Shown here in pieces: positions 9,598-19,968 of a DNA stretch of 64,000 nucleotides. The translations under genes were made by a program, and so were the position numbers. The notes under the pieces are model-generated. The model worked only from the letters and a program-made list of their open reading frames with translations. It ran no database searches and was not told the origin of the DNA. The stretch comes from Candidatus Latescibacterota bacterium (lineage in GTDB: Bacteria > Latescibacterota > UBA2968 > GCA-2709665): the NCBI GenBank assembly GCA_965248435.1, contig OZ252100.1, positions 1,408,001 to 1,472,000 of the forward strand. The letters are read 5' to 3'. Within the stretch, counting starts at the first letter, position 1. The number at the start of each line of letters is the position of its first letter.

Positions 9598-9900
9598 TTA
9601 GCCAGGAGCGCCGCCCTGTCCGTAGACGGTCTTGATGTTGCGCGATGTGGTCAGAGAACGCCAGCTGCCGATCACGGCCACCACAACGCCCAGGATGATG
9701 AGCCCCCAGCCGCCCACACTCGCCAGCGTGCCCTCGAGGAATTTGATGGCTCCGGCGCCGGTGATGAAGAGGGCGAGACTGGTCCTGCAATAGGCCAGAA
9801 AGGTGCGTTCGTTGGCTAGGACGGATCTATCGATCGCGAGCTGATCCCGAAGGATCAGCTCAGCACCCGCGAATTGTGCATAGAGGTTCTGTCTCGGCAT
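9598..9900 (-). CDS. DUF202 membrane protein
   Basis: LRDQLAIDRSVLANERTFLAYCRT. Confidence 0.92.
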   Translation of the reverse strand: MPRQNLYAQFAGAELILRDQLAIDRSVLANERTFLAYCRTSLALFITGAGAIKFLEGTLASVGGWGLIILGVVVAVIGSWRSLTTSRNIKTVYGQGGAPG

Positions 9901-9942
9901 CGCGCCTCCCTTTTTCGTTGACGGGTTCGCTCGAGAGCGGTT

Positions 9943-10947
9943 CTAACCGATCTTCTTGAAATACTCGACCTTCCCGTCCTGGGCCAGGTCTGCCACCTTG
10001 TCGATGAGCGCCTGGCGGTCCTGCTCGGTCAGCGCCGCGAAATCGCGGGCGAGGCCGATCTTCTCTCGCATCAGTTCCGCGTTCTCGGCCCCGGTAATCA
10101 GGACGCTCACAGGCAGCGACCAGACGAAATGGAGGGCCTGGCGGACACTGACCCGGCCCGGGACGACAGGGTCGTCCGTTTCCCACTGTACCTTGCCCTG
10201 CTTGACCTTCTTCGGGAAGAAGCGCCCGTCTGCCAGCGTCTTCATGGCCAGCAGCGCGATGTTGCGCTCCTGCAGGATCGGCGTGACCTGTTCGATGAAG
10301 CTGTGGTGGCTGGGATCGAGCAGATTCACCGGCATCTGGCAGGTATCGAACATATCACTGTCGGCGGTCCGCTCCAGCATACGCAGGTGCGCCGCGGGGT
10401 TGCGATGTCCGGTGAACCCGATGAAACGGGTCTTGCCGGAAGCCTTCGCCTTCTCGAAAACATCCAGGACACCGCCTTCGATACGCCGGTCCACATCCTC
10501 GGGCGTGCCAATCGCGTGCACCTGCCAGAGATCCAGATAGTCCGTCTTCATGCGCCTCAGCGCGTCATCGAGGTGCTGCTGCGCGGTCGCTCCATCCTTG
10601 GCGCCTGTCTTCGTCATGATGAAGACCTGATCGCGGCCCTTTGGCACCAGGTATTTACCGTACCGCTCCTCGCTCCTGCCGTTCGAGTATCCCTCCGCGG
10701 TATCGAAGAAGCGCACACCGCCCTCGAGTGCCGTTTCGATCACGGCGGCCGCATCCTCCTCGGTCGTCCAGCCGACATGATACCCTCCGATCCCGAGCAT
10801 CGTCACCGCCTGGCCCGTGCGTCCCAGCTTGCGCACCGGCAGAAGTGCGCCCAGCCTGTCGCGCGCCGCACTGCCGCATCCCCACGGAATCATCACGCCC
10901 GGAAGCGCGGCGAGTAGGGTCTTCAGGAAATTGCGTCGTTCAATCAT
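9943..10947 (-). CDS. Tat-exported aldo/keto reductase
   Basis: ERRNFLK twin-arginine signal; FFDTAEGY, TDYLDLWQVH, IGFTGH. Confidence 0.92.
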   Translation of the reverse strand: MIERRNFLKTLLAALPGVMIPWGCGSAARDRLGALLPVRKLGRTGQAVTMLGIGGYHVGWTTEEDAAAVIETALEGGVRFFDTAEGYSNGRSEERYGKYLVPKGRDQVFIMTKTGAKDGATAQQHLDDALRRMKTDYLDLWQVHAIGTPEDVDRRIEGGVLDVFEKAKASGKTRFIGFTGHRNPAAHLRMLERTADSDMFDTCQMPVNLLDPSHHSFIEQVTPILQERNIALLAMKTLADGRFFPKKVKQGKVQWETDDPVVPGRVSVRQALHFVWSLPVSVLITGAENAELMREKIGLARDFAALTEQDRQALIDKVADLAQDGKVEYFKKIG

Positions 10948-11106
10948 GGTGAACCTCCAGGAAGTTAGTTAAAGCCAGTACTGGAGAATCGGACTACAGG
11001 CACCGTTAAGTGTGGGACCCGACTCCAGTCGGGGAACGGGCTATTGCGGTGCAATAGAGCCCAAGCACACAGGTGCCAACGTTACGAAAACACCTGCCTC
11101 CGGCGG

Positions 11107-11138
11107 CCAACTTTTCTTGCTCGCCCAAGAAAAGTTGG
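11107..11138. repeat. 13-bp perfect inverted repeat within a non-coding, MITE-like stretch
   Basis: ccaacttttcttg-ctcgcc-caagaaaagttgg. Confidence 0.7.
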
Positions 11139-11369
11139 ACGAAAGAAGGGCGCCGCTCAAACGCCGCGGGGGCTCCGGCCGCGGCACCTCACCCTCAGTG
11201 GAAAGGACTAGCTCCGCGTTCCTGGCGGATTGCCTGCCCAACTGACGCCCAGCACGGGGGCGGGCTAGGGGTCCGAAACCGCGTGGGAGGTGAAAGCACC
11301 TGGTTGCAAGGGAGTCGCACACCGCGGCCCCAATGCTTTTAAGCCATCTTTTTCGCGAGTTTGAGAATC

Positions 11370-11496
11370 GCCAGGGGACGTCCCACCCGACCTTGAGGGC
11401 GTTCTCACAGACCCTCTTGACCGTCTGCTCGAAATCGTGCTTGCTTCTGTTGACCTTGAACATGGCTGCCTTCATGGCACGCATTGTCAAGCTCAT
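11370..11496 (-). pseudogene. N-terminal fragment of a DUF302-like protein
   Basis: strong RBS gagaggagg; SKHDFEQTVKRVCENALKVGW resembles a DUF302 start; reading degenerates into repeat sequence. Confidence 0.5.
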
Positions 11497-11543
11497 CGCT
11501 CTGCCCTCCTCTCAATAGTCCTGGGCATCTACCCATCTCTGCT

Positions 11544-12680
11544 TCAACTCGACTCCTCCTTTACCATTCGTATCATCGTCTCATAATTGGTCATCGTCTG
11601 CGCGGTGATCGTGCGGCCATAGGGGCAGGCAGACGGCTGCAGGATGAACCCGCGTCCCTCGCCGGCCGTGCCTTCACGCAGGGCGGCCGCCACCTTCCGC
11701 TCGAACTCCGCCGTCGACAGGTTCTCGATGTCGGACGCCTCGATATTCCCCATCAGGACCGTATCCTGCCCGATCTCCCGCTTGATTTCCCACAGCTCCA
11801 TGTCGCCCTGAGGCGGCGGCTCCAGAGGATCCAGCCCGTCGGGGTTCATGCTGGCGATGAGGGGCAGGATGTGCCGCAGCCGGCCGCGGGAATGGATTCG
11901 GGAATATCCACCGTGCGCCTGAATCGTCTTTACGATCTGGCCCGTATACCGAACGACGTACTCCTCGTAGAGCCGCGGGGGTAGATAGGGCTCTCTCGCA
12001 TACTCCGAACCACACGTGCGCCAGAGGCGTCCCGGGAACGCCCTGGCGAGCTGCTCGCACCTGGGGAAGAGCGTTCGCGCGAACCGCTCGAGCAGCCGGT
12101 GAAAAAGTTTTGGCTCCTTCATGGCGATGACGGTGTAGTCCGCCATCGAGAACAGGGCCGCGGACGCGCAGATCGGATCGTTGAACTCCACGCTCAGGAT
12201 TCCGGCATCTCCGAGCGTCTCTTCCTCGGCCATCAGATCAGATACGTCCACCTGACCGATCGCAGGCTCGGGAAGCTGAAGGAAGGCCTCTACATCCTCG
12301 GCGCTCTTCAGCGGATGTTCGAGCCTCCGGGTCGTCTGAGTCTCCCGGTCACGGCGGGCGAGGGAGGTGAGTGTGCGCCCGGGCGCCCTGATCTGCATGC
12401 GGGTGAAGCGTGAGTCCTCTTCGCTCCAGCTCTCTTCCGTCATCAACTCGTCGAGGCCGTTGTCGGACCCCCCGGTCCAGCTCGCGGACACCATTCGGAT
12501 CAGGTCGGTCTCTTCGTGTGCCAGCTGAATCAGCGGCCGCCACGAGGGATCGTTCCAGACGTCGAAATCGTCGTCGTCCGGCGCCATGTTCCAGCCGCCG
12601 ATCTCGTAGAAAGAGACTGCCGGACGGTCCACCGGCTTCCCTTCCAGCGTTGCCATCAGCCGTTCGCGGCGCGTCATCAT
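11544..12680 (-). CDS. uroporphyrinogen decarboxylase/methyltransferase (URO-D/CIMS) family protein
   Basis: MTRRERLMATLEGKPVDR start; DPLEPPPQGD, LMGNI, GFILQPS. Confidence 0.88.
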   Translation of the reverse strand: MMTRRERLMATLEGKPVDRPAVSFYEIGGWNMAPDDDDFDVWNDPSWRPLIQLAHEETDLIRMVSASWTGGSDNGLDELMTEESWSEEDSRFTRMQIRAPGRTLTSLARRDRETQTTRRLEHPLKSAEDVEAFLQLPEPAIGQVDVSDLMAEEETLGDAGILSVEFNDPICASAALFSMADYTVIAMKEPKLFHRLLERFARTLFPRCEQLARAFPGRLWRTCGSEYAREPYLPPRLYEEYVVRYTGQIVKTIQAHGGYSRIHSRGRLRHILPLIASMNPDGLDPLEPPPQGDMELWEIKREIGQDTVLMGNIEASDIENLSTAEFERKVAAALREGTAGEGRGFILQPSACPYGRTITAQTMTNYETMIRMVKEESS

Positions 12681-12732
12681 TCGTGATCCCTGGTTGGCGG
12701 GGCGATCAAGAGCGGCTGTAAGTTTGCTGACG

Positions 12733-13866
12733 TCATTCATCCACAGGAGGCAGGGACTCGAACGCTGCCAGGGGAACAGCATAGACGTTTCCATACCCGG
12801 AGCGGTCTGACGTGAACACAACGGTCTGACCGCCGGGCGAAATCCTGGGGTGTGGATGGGTCTGCTGAATGTGCCTCGCGGAGTCGTGGCGGCACAGCAC
12901 GCGTGGGAAAGTATAGCCTTCTCCCATCCACTTCCAGACCCGAATCACCCCATCACCGTCTCCCACGATCAGGTTCTCGTCGTGTGAGAAGATGTGGCCG
13001 GTCTCTCCGGGAAAGTCGCATTCAAAACCCTCCGTGTCGTCGAAGCGTATATGGCCGAGCATGGGCCGGCCCTCCAACGTCTTGCCGTGGTAGCCGACCC
13101 GGATCCCGTCTTCGTACCAGTATTCGTGGCCGACGACTTCGTCCTCAGATGTCGGGCGTATCTTCCAGACCTTACCGCTGTTCGCATCGAGCCCCCAGAT
13201 TCGCTGGTCCACCCTGGCCCACGGTCCTTCGTGACAGTAGGTCAGAAGGCCGGCATGTGTGGGAGACGTGTTCACGTGCCCGATCCAGATCTTCTCCTCA
13301 TAGACGACGCGGTCCCGGTCCCCGCTTCCGTCTACGGCGACTTCGATGATCTGGCTCAAGGGCCTCGCGGCCCACGTCTCGGCAAAACCTACGAGGCCCC
13401 GCAGAAGATCCGTATGGATTTTGGCAGACAGGTCCTCATAACATCCGAAATAGACGTGTCGACCATCCGCAGAGCAGTTCGTCATCGACACACACCACCG
13501 GGCCTCGACCTCGAACAGCACCCGTGTCTTACGTGATGGAATGTCGAGCGCGACGAGCTGCAGATCGTGCCAGAAATAGACCTCGTCCCGAACCGGGTTT
13601 AAACACGCCGTAAGGAAGTGAAGCTCGCGGGGTGGGGGCACGGGTTCAAGATCGGTAAGCTGCTCGATCTCCCCAGCCTCGAGGTCAACACCGAAGAGGT
13701 TTGTCCGGTTTTCACGATCGGAACCGAACAGCAGCTTCCTGCCGTCCTCATACCATCCCGGATTGGTGAAGTAGAAATGATGACTGTGCCCCTTGTAGTC
13801 GGTCAGTTGGGTAACCGACAGGCCTGAGCAGGGATCTTTGTATGTCTTCTTCTCGAGTCTCATCAC
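12733..13866 (-). CDS. oligogalacturonate lyase family beta-propeller
   Basis: HHFYFTNPGW, YCHEGPW, GHEYW, HPHPRISP.G..VVFTSDR. Confidence 0.88.
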   Translation of the reverse strand: MMRLEKKTYKDPCSGLSVTQLTDYKGHSHHFYFTNPGWYEDGRKLLFGSDRENRTNLFGVDLEAGEIEQLTDLEPVPPPRELHFLTACLNPVRDEVYFWHDLQLVALDIPSRKTRVLFEVEARWCVSMTNCSADGRHVYFGCYEDLSAKIHTDLLRGLVGFAETWAARPLSQIIEVAVDGSGDRDRVVYEEKIWIGHVNTSPTHAGLLTYCHEGPWARVDQRIWGLDANSGKVWKIRPTSEDEVVGHEYWYEDGIRVGYHGKTLEGRPMLGHIRFDDTEGFECDFPGETGHIFSHDENLIVGDGDGVIRVWKWMGEGYTFPRVLCRHDSARHIQQTHPHPRISPGGQTVVFTSDRSGYGNVYAVPLAAFESLPPVDE

Positions 13867-13991
13867 ACATCGTATCTCGTTAGAACCGGGTACCGGGGAA
13901 CCAAAACACGGGTACCGGGTACCGTGGGTTCGTTACTTGCCCGTCAATCATCGCCCAGGAGCCTGGCCTCGAGATACGAGATAGGTCTTAC

Positions 13992-14720
13992 TCACCGTGG
14001 CCCGAACAGCCTGATGGCAATCTCCATCTCGGAATCCATGACTTTATGCTCTTTCATTTCGCCGTAGACGCTTGCCACATCATACGCAACACGTTTGAGG
14101 TGAATCTCCCCGTCCACAATCGTTATGTATTGTGCATCCTGTGACGGGTCACTGAGACTGAGGATGTCGCGCTGCGCGCGGTAGGAGGCGCTGCCCGCAT
14201 TCAGCCAGAGTGTGGTGTCGCTCAGATAGTAGACGCCGAGACGGTGGGTATGCCCGACGATCAGACGTGTGGGCAGACCCTCCTGATTCTCAGGAAAGGT
14301 CTCCTGGACAAAGGAATCGAAAACCTGTGGGCTCGTAATCACTTCGATCTCTCGGTATAGATGCGTCATGCCATACCGTATTCCATCCGCGCAGAAATCG
14401 ACAGCCGCGGGCAGCTGCTCCAGGAATGAGATCTCTTCCTCGTTCAAACGGATCGCATTGTGGTGCTTCCACATGGTTTCACTGACCTGCAGGCGTTCGA
14501 GGTCGCAGTTCCTGTAGCGCGAGGCTACCTCGGTATCGTGGTTGCCTCTTACGCAAATGACTTCATGTTCCCGGATCCAATCGATCGCCTCTTTCGGATA
14601 GGGTCCATAGTCCACCAGGTCTCCGGGGCAGTAGACGATATCGCTGTCCTTGTCGACCTTCCAGATCGCTTCGAGCGCCTGAATGTTGCTGTGAATGTCG
14701 GAGATCACCAGAACTTTCAT
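13992..14720 (-). CDS. metallophosphoesterase
   Basis: DIHSN, GDLVDYGP, GNHD, GHTH motifs. Confidence 0.92.
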   Translation of the reverse strand: MKVLVISDIHSNIQALEAIWKVDKDSDIVYCPGDLVDYGPYPKEAIDWIREHEVICVRGNHDTEVASRYRNCDLERLQVSETMWKHHNAIRLNEEEISFLEQLPAAVDFCADGIRYGMTHLYREIEVITSPQVFDSFVQETFPENQEGLPTRLIVGHTHRLGVYYLSDTTLWLNAGSASYRAQRDILSLSDPSQDAQYITIVDGEIHLKRVAYDVASVYGEMKEHKVMDSEMEIAIRLFGPR

Positions 14721-14750
14721 GCATCTTTCCCTTGGGGCACAACGCTGGGG

Positions 14751-14868
14751 GAATGGAGTATTGGAGGACAAAGAACAAAAACGCTAGTGCTGGAGTAATG
14801 GGAGAATGGAGTATTGGAAAGATCGGTTTTGCAATACTCCATCACTCCAGTACCGCAATACTCCAGAA
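14751..14868. repeat. ggagtattgg / caatactcc inverted simple-repeat cluster
   Basis: several ggagta(t/a)tgg units followed by complementary caatactcca units. Confidence 0.6.
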
Positions 14869-14890
14869 TCGAACAGCCTCCTGCCGGTCT

Positions 14891-16141
14891 CTACGCGCGA
14901 TACGCCTCTGCTACCTTGCGCATCGCCTTCGCGACGCCGTGCATATCCTCCTCGGAGTAGTGCTCGCTCCAGGAGATCGTGAAGTGCCGGGTCAGCGCCT
15001 GTTCGGCGGTGGGACACATCCCCTTGTGATAGCTCACGCGCCCGTCGTACACAGCCCTGGGAAGGGCATAGTCAGGATACTTCTGCGGCACGGGGTCCAG
15101 GAAGGCAGGGTGGTCGTAGAGCAGGTAGTAGCCCTTGCACGAGCTGGGGACGCCTTCTTCTCTCAGCGCAAGGGCGAATCCGTAGCAGTTGACGTTGAAT
15201 GCGTCCGGTTCGAAGGCAATGGGACGAAGCCAGTAGGAATGCGCGGCACCATCGATGACGTGCTGTGGCCCCAGACCCGGGATGTCTTCGATCAGCTGGC
15301 CGAGCAGGTGCGCCAGCTGCCTGCGGCGGGCCACGTTGTCATCCAGTTTTCTCAACTGGACCAGCCCGACCACTCCGCCGAGTGGATTCATCTTGTAGTT
15401 GAGCCCCAGGCCGAAGTGCCCTCTGTGACTCAATCCGTCTCTCGTTCCGTCTCTCTCTCCCCGATCCACGCCGAAGAACTTCGCCTTCTCTGCATACGCG
15501 TCATCGTTCGTGATCACGATGCCGCCCGCAACGGTGTGCAGGTGTTTTCCGGCGATTAGACTAAACACCCCGATCTCGCCGATCGACCCTACCTTGCGGC
15601 CTTTGTATTCCGCGAAGTGGGCCTGGGAGCCGTCCTCGATGATCGGAAGATCGTGCCGCCTGCCGATCTCCATCAACGCATCCATGTCTGCCGGCTGGCC
15701 GTAGAGATGGACCGCGATGATCGCCTTCGTCCGCTCCGTGACCTTGGACTCGACGTCGGCGGGATCGATATTACAGGTGTGAAGGTCGACGTCGGCGAAG
15801 ATCGGGATCGCATTCTGCGCAAGAATGCCTTTCACGCTGCCCACGTCGCTGATGGCGGGGAGAATCACCTCGTCACCGGGCTCGACGCCGGCGGCATAGG
15901 TCCCCGCGTGGACGGCCGCCGTTCCTGAACATAAGCCGACCCCGTGGCTGACCCCGCAAGCCTGCGCAAAGGCCTGGGAGAACTCGCCTACCGGGTCCCC
16001 CCGCAGTCCTCCCCGCATGAACGCCGCCACCGCTTCCACATCCTCCTCACCCACTTTTTTCGTCACCAGGTCCTTGTTGATCGGCTCCGGGAAGATCGGC
16101 GTCCCGCCGTCGATCGCCAGTTGCGATGTGTTCGTTGCCAT
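14891..16141 (-). CDS. DegT/DnrJ/EryC1/StrS family PLP aminotransferase
   Basis: SGTAAVH, PGDEVI, AVHLYGQPADMD, IEDGSQAH, FSLIAGKHL. Confidence 0.93.
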   Translation of the reverse strand: MATNTSQLAIDGGTPIFPEPINKDLVTKKVGEEDVEAVAAFMRGGLRGDPVGEFSQAFAQACGVSHGVGLCSGTAAVHAGTYAAGVEPGDEVILPAISDVGSVKGILAQNAIPIFADVDLHTCNIDPADVESKVTERTKAIIAVHLYGQPADMDALMEIGRRHDLPIIEDGSQAHFAEYKGRKVGSIGEIGVFSLIAGKHLHTVAGGIVITNDDAYAEKAKFFGVDRGERDGTRDGLSHRGHFGLGLNYKMNPLGGVVGLVQLRKLDDNVARRRQLAHLLGQLIEDIPGLGPQHVIDGAAHSYWLRPIAFEPDAFNVNCYGFALALREEGVPSSCKGYYLLYDHPAFLDPVPQKYPDYALPRAVYDGRVSYHKGMCPTAEQALTRHFTISWSEHYSEEDMHGVAKAMRKVAEAYRA

Positions 16142-16299
16142 TTTTCTTCCCCCGACTATGGGATATTGGGTGTTGGGTAATTGATTATTGACTTTTAAGG
16201 CTCTCGGAACTGCAGCAAGAACTATGTACTGGCCGGCCCGACGTCCACATCAGGCGACTCTGTAGCCTCTTTCAATCCGTCCAATAATTGTAGACTCTT

Positions 16300-17307
16300 T
16301 CAGTCATGAGACTCCTCGTCCTTCTTCAACTTTGCTAACGGTGTTCGGACGATAAACACTCCCGGTCCCCCGGGTTGGTCTGGGTCTAAATCGTAAAATA
16401 CAGTGCCGAGAGTCTCAGCGTCGATTTGCGCCGTACGCGGCCAACCACGTCCCACAATTCGTCGTCCCGGGTTGTGGACTTCAAAAGCGTGGTCGAAATT
16501 CCATGTTTCGCCGTCATCGCGCGATACAATCAGTTCATAACTAAACTCCCCATCGTGTCCGACGCCGTAGGCAATAGCAGTCAACACAACCCAGCCGTTG
16601 GTTAAAAGGGTGAGGTCGTACCCGGCGACACCGAAGTGTGGAAAAACACCTAACGCCTGCCAGGTCCTGCCCTCGTCGGTAGAACGAAGCCCTCTAACCA
16701 TGTTTCCCGGCACACCGACAGGAACAGGTGCATCGGCTTGAGGGGCACCACTGATAAGGGTCACCCTGGGAGTCCAGACGATGGGCACCATGCCGTGGTT
16801 GCGACCATCGCCAAAAGGCGTGACCGTGTCTGTCTGCATATCGTAAAGCACGGTGCGGTCAAAAAAAGGACACACCCACTGAGAAGGCGACCATTCGACC
16901 ACTGCGTGGCGCATACAGGTATAATTGGTGTGGTCGGTGATAGGATAATCCTGCGGTTTAGACCACGTTTCGCCTTCATCGGTGCTTATCGAAAATTGTG
17001 GCTCCCGCCATAGTCTCTCTACCGTTTTTTTGTAACAGGACCAATTAAGTAATATCCGCCCATCGCTTAACGTCGTCAGTGACCCGGGATAGATCGAGCA
17101 GTCGCGGATGACGGGGATTGGCGCCGAATCGCTCCATGTGGTTCCGCCATCACTGGAGCAGCTTAACAGGAGTTCTTTCCCACCGCCACCTTCTTTGTTG
17201 TAGACGACGAGTAGTATACCGCTCTTAGTAACGCAGGCCGCCGGATGGACATGCCCGCCGATGACATCGGCGATGCGTATCGGTTCACTGATACTATTTT
17301 TAATCAT
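16300..17307 (-). CDS. BNR/Asp-box repeat (sialidase-like) protein
   Basis: repeated S.D.G.TW Asp boxes. Confidence 0.82.
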   Translation of the reverse strand: MIKNSISEPIRIADVIGGHVHPAACVTKSGILLVVYNKEGGGGKELLLSCSSDGGTTWSDSAPIPVIRDCSIYPGSLTTLSDGRILLNWSCYKKTVERLWREPQFSISTDEGETWSKPQDYPITDHTNYTCMRHAVVEWSPSQWVCPFFDRTVLYDMQTDTVTPFGDGRNHGMVPIVWTPRVTLISGAPQADAPVPVGVPGNMVRGLRSTDEGRTWQALGVFPHFGVAGYDLTLLTNGWVVLTAIAYGVGHDGEFSYELIVSRDDGETWNFDHAFEVHNPGRRIVGRGWPRTAQIDAETLGTVFYDLDPDQPGGPGVFIVRTPLAKLKKDEESHD

Positions 17308-17350
17308 AGTTTATCACCTTTATAATATCTGCGGGCTGACGAAATGGCCA

Positions 17351-17415
17351 TGGCCTCAGAAAACAAAATGCGGCGAGAGCAACCCCACCGCAAACCTAAT
17401 CCCCTCGGCCATTTT
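17351..17415. repeat. 65-bp dispersed repeat, copy 1
   Basis: 60/65 identical (by eye) to 47411-47475. Confidence 0.85.
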
Positions 17416-17472
17416 GCGCGAGCGTCAGCGAGCCGGCAGCCTATGTCTGGCGAACCCCGATTTTAGCATCCA

Positions 17473-18576
17473 TCACAAACCGGGAGGCAGTTCTATACCA
17501 TATTTCTCGGAAACGGCCTTCAGCTTGCGGACCGTTCCTTCAGGCAGAGGTATGCCGGTTCGTGAGCGCTCGATAAAGGCTCTTTCCTCCGGTTCTCCGG
17601 GGACGAATATCTCGCTAAAACCGTCTGCCCTGGGTAGCGCCTTTATGCCGTCGATAAGGTTATCTATATGCTCTTTGTAGCTCTCAAGGTCCGTGAACTG
17701 GCTTATGTCTATGGCCGCGACTACGCTGTTCTGAATGTGTTTGGGTCGCTCTTTCTTACCTTTTGCCGGCGGCCCGAATTCGCGTCCGAACAGCGCCGGC
17801 TCCAGAAGCGGGTTGTCGGCCATGACGCTGGAAAGACACTCGAACATCATGGCCAGGCCAGAGCCTTTGGGGCCGCCGATCGGCAGCAGGGCGCCGAACC
17901 TGAAGTCGGGCTCATCGACCTTTCTAGGATCGGTGGTCGGATTGCCCTCCCTGTCCAGGACCCAGCCCTCGGGGATGGGCATATTTTTGTCTATGGCCAG
18001 CAGGAGTTTTCCTCCTGCAGCCACGCTGGTGGCCATGTCCAGATTGAGCGGTCGATGGCGCTTTGCCGGCACCGAGATGGCGATAGGGCTGTTGTGCACG
18101 CCAGCAGCCCTCGCGCCGAAGGGCGCCATGTTCGGCGGATTGCAGACTAACAATATCCCCGCCATCCCCTTCTCCGCCATCATCTGCGAATAATATCCCA
18201 GGGCACCCTGGTGGGTCAGATTGCGTATCAGCGCCCAGCCGATGCCCACCTGCTTTGCCTTTTCCATGGCTATACCCACCACCTTGATGGTGACCATCGA
18301 GCCAAGGGCACGGTCGGCATCGAGAAGTATCGTTGCCGGCGTTTCATTGATGACCTTAATATCCGGCTCTGGATTCATCGCCCCCTGCTCAATGTAGTCC
18401 AGATACAGGGGGATGCGCAGTACGCCGTGGGAGTCAACAGCACGTAGATTGGCCCAGAGCAGGACGTCGGCCTCGGCCTCGGCGTCTTCCGGCGGTACGC
18501 CGGCCCTGATGAATACCTCCCTGGTGAAAGCGTGTAGCCGTTTCCAGTCGACTACCTTCATCTCGCCACCTGCCAT
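17473..18576 (-). CDS. Ldh_2 (malate/L-lactate/ureidoglycolate dehydrogenase-like) oxidoreductase
   Basis: ANLRAVDSHGV, H.GALGYY, DMATS, PIGGPKGSGL, VPGEPE. Confidence 0.93.
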   Translation of the reverse strand: MAGGEMKVVDWKRLHAFTREVFIRAGVPPEDAEAEADVLLWANLRAVDSHGVLRIPLYLDYIEQGAMNPEPDIKVINETPATILLDADRALGSMVTIKVVGIAMEKAKQVGIGWALIRNLTHQGALGYYSQMMAEKGMAGILLVCNPPNMAPFGARAAGVHNSPIAISVPAKRHRPLNLDMATSVAAGGKLLLAIDKNMPIPEGWVLDREGNPTTDPRKVDEPDFRFGALLPIGGPKGSGLAMMFECLSSVMADNPLLEPALFGREFGPPAKGKKERPKHIQNSVVAAIDISQFTDLESYKEHIDNLIDGIKALPRADGFSEIFVPGEPEERAFIERSRTGIPLPEGTVRKLKAVSEKYGIELPPGL

Positions 18577-18654
18577 GATGCCTCCTCGAATAGCGCACAA
18601 TACGAACGATTCAGGCGCTCCGTCTGTTAAGATAATAACGAGATTCAGGTCTTT

Positions 18655-19692
18655 TTACGTTGTTACCGCGCTGGCGATGCGCCAGTTACCGTGAGAATCG
18701 CAGGCGGCGTAGTAGACCCTGAAGCGACCGTCCCCCAGGGCGACGACCGACATGTCTTCAGCATGGACGCCGTCGATGTCTTCGCTGTCGTGGCCGCCGC
18801 CCTCGATCACGCACTCGCCGTGTTCCCACGTCAGTCCATCAGGCGATTGGGCAGTGAAGATGCGGGATCGGTATCCCGCCAGGTCGACCGCAATCGAGGC
18901 GGCCGCGAAATCGGCGCTCGATCCGCTCCGAACAGCGTCCGGATCCGAACTGGGGTGCGAGGGGACAGCGGTCCCGGGTGGGACGTCCTGCCAGCTGGAG
19001 TAGAGCATGTGCCAGGAGTCATCAGGGCCTGCCGGGACGATCACATCGGCGGCAGTGATTCCCAGAGCGTCGTGCTCCGGCCTCCGCGTGAGGCGATAGC
19101 CTGGCTCGGGTTCGAAGGCGAGACCGTCCACCGTTACGGCACTGATCACGTTCTGTGAGATGCGGGATCCGCCCACGAGCCCGCCTTCATCGTACTCCGA
19201 GGCGAAGGCATAGATCCGTCCCCGTCCATCAGGAAGCGCTACGTAGCGCGGGCCACCGATCCCCTCGAAGCCCTGCAGTCGTATTCCCTCTTCGTATTCC
19301 CACGACACCATATCCGGGGAGATGGCGCTGCATACGACGGTCGGCCGATCCGCGGGGCCGCGCGCCTCGAAATACATCCGCCAGCGTCCGTCAGGGCACG
19401 TGGTCACGGTAGGCGCCAGAACGCGAAGGCTGGCGTGTTCGAGGGATGGATCGGGAGCCACGCGGATGCCGGACTCTTTGCGAAACGTGATGCCGTCGTC
19501 CGAGATCGCGCTGAGGATATAGCCCTGGCAGTCGGGGAATGGTTTGCCGGGACCCACCGCGGTGTAGAAAAGCCTGTAGCCGCCGGAGGGGATGCGAACG
19601 ACGCCGGGCGCCTGAACTTTCATGCCGTCGAGGTCGCGGGTTCCTTCGATACGCGGGCCCGGTTCCCTTATCCAGGTGTTATCTGCAGGCAT
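18655..19692 (-). CDS. five-bladed beta-propeller (GH32/43-like) hypothetical protein
   Basis: repeated YRLFY/WRMYF/FRVYY and S.DG..W motifs. Confidence 0.7.
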   Translation of the reverse strand: MPADNTWIREPGPRIEGTRDLDGMKVQAPGVVRIPSGGYRLFYTAVGPGKPFPDCQGYILSAISDDGITFRKESGIRVAPDPSLEHASLRVLAPTVTTCPDGRWRMYFEARGPADRPTVVCSAISPDMVSWEYEEGIRLQGFEGIGGPRYVALPDGRGRIYAFASEYDEGGLVGGSRISQNVISAVTVDGLAFEPEPGYRLTRRPEHDALGITAADVIVPAGPDDSWHMLYSSWQDVPPGTAVPSHPSSDPDAVRSGSSADFAAASIAVDLAGYRSRIFTAQSPDGLTWEHGECVIEGGGHDSEDIDGVHAEDMSVVALGDGRFRVYYAACDSHGNWRIASAVTT

Positions 19693-19735
19693 TGACCGTT
19701 ACCCGCTGCGGGAGCGCGTTTCGGTAGCCCCTGCC

Positions 19736-19890
19736 TGACGCTACATTCGGTGCGCTGGAAAGGTCGATCATCTCAGGGTTCAGAACCGTCCACAGGCGTT
19801 TGCAGAGCTCAGTCATCCGTCTCAACTCGATAGAATGGAGCGGTCACCTACTGACCGGTAATGGAATCGACGTTGCGGAAGATGTGCTTC
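19736..19890 (-). repeat. diverged duplicate of 42850-43004 (aldo/keto reductase 3' tail plus downstream DNA)
   Basis: about 15 mismatches in 155 bp by eye; encodes ...KHIFRNVDSITGQ*. Confidence 0.85.
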
Positions 19891-19968
19891 TTTGACCGAG
19901 ACCCACTCAGCGTGAAGCCTTGTTTCTAAACCTGCCTTTAGAGTCCCGAAACTACCCTTTCCTCCATT

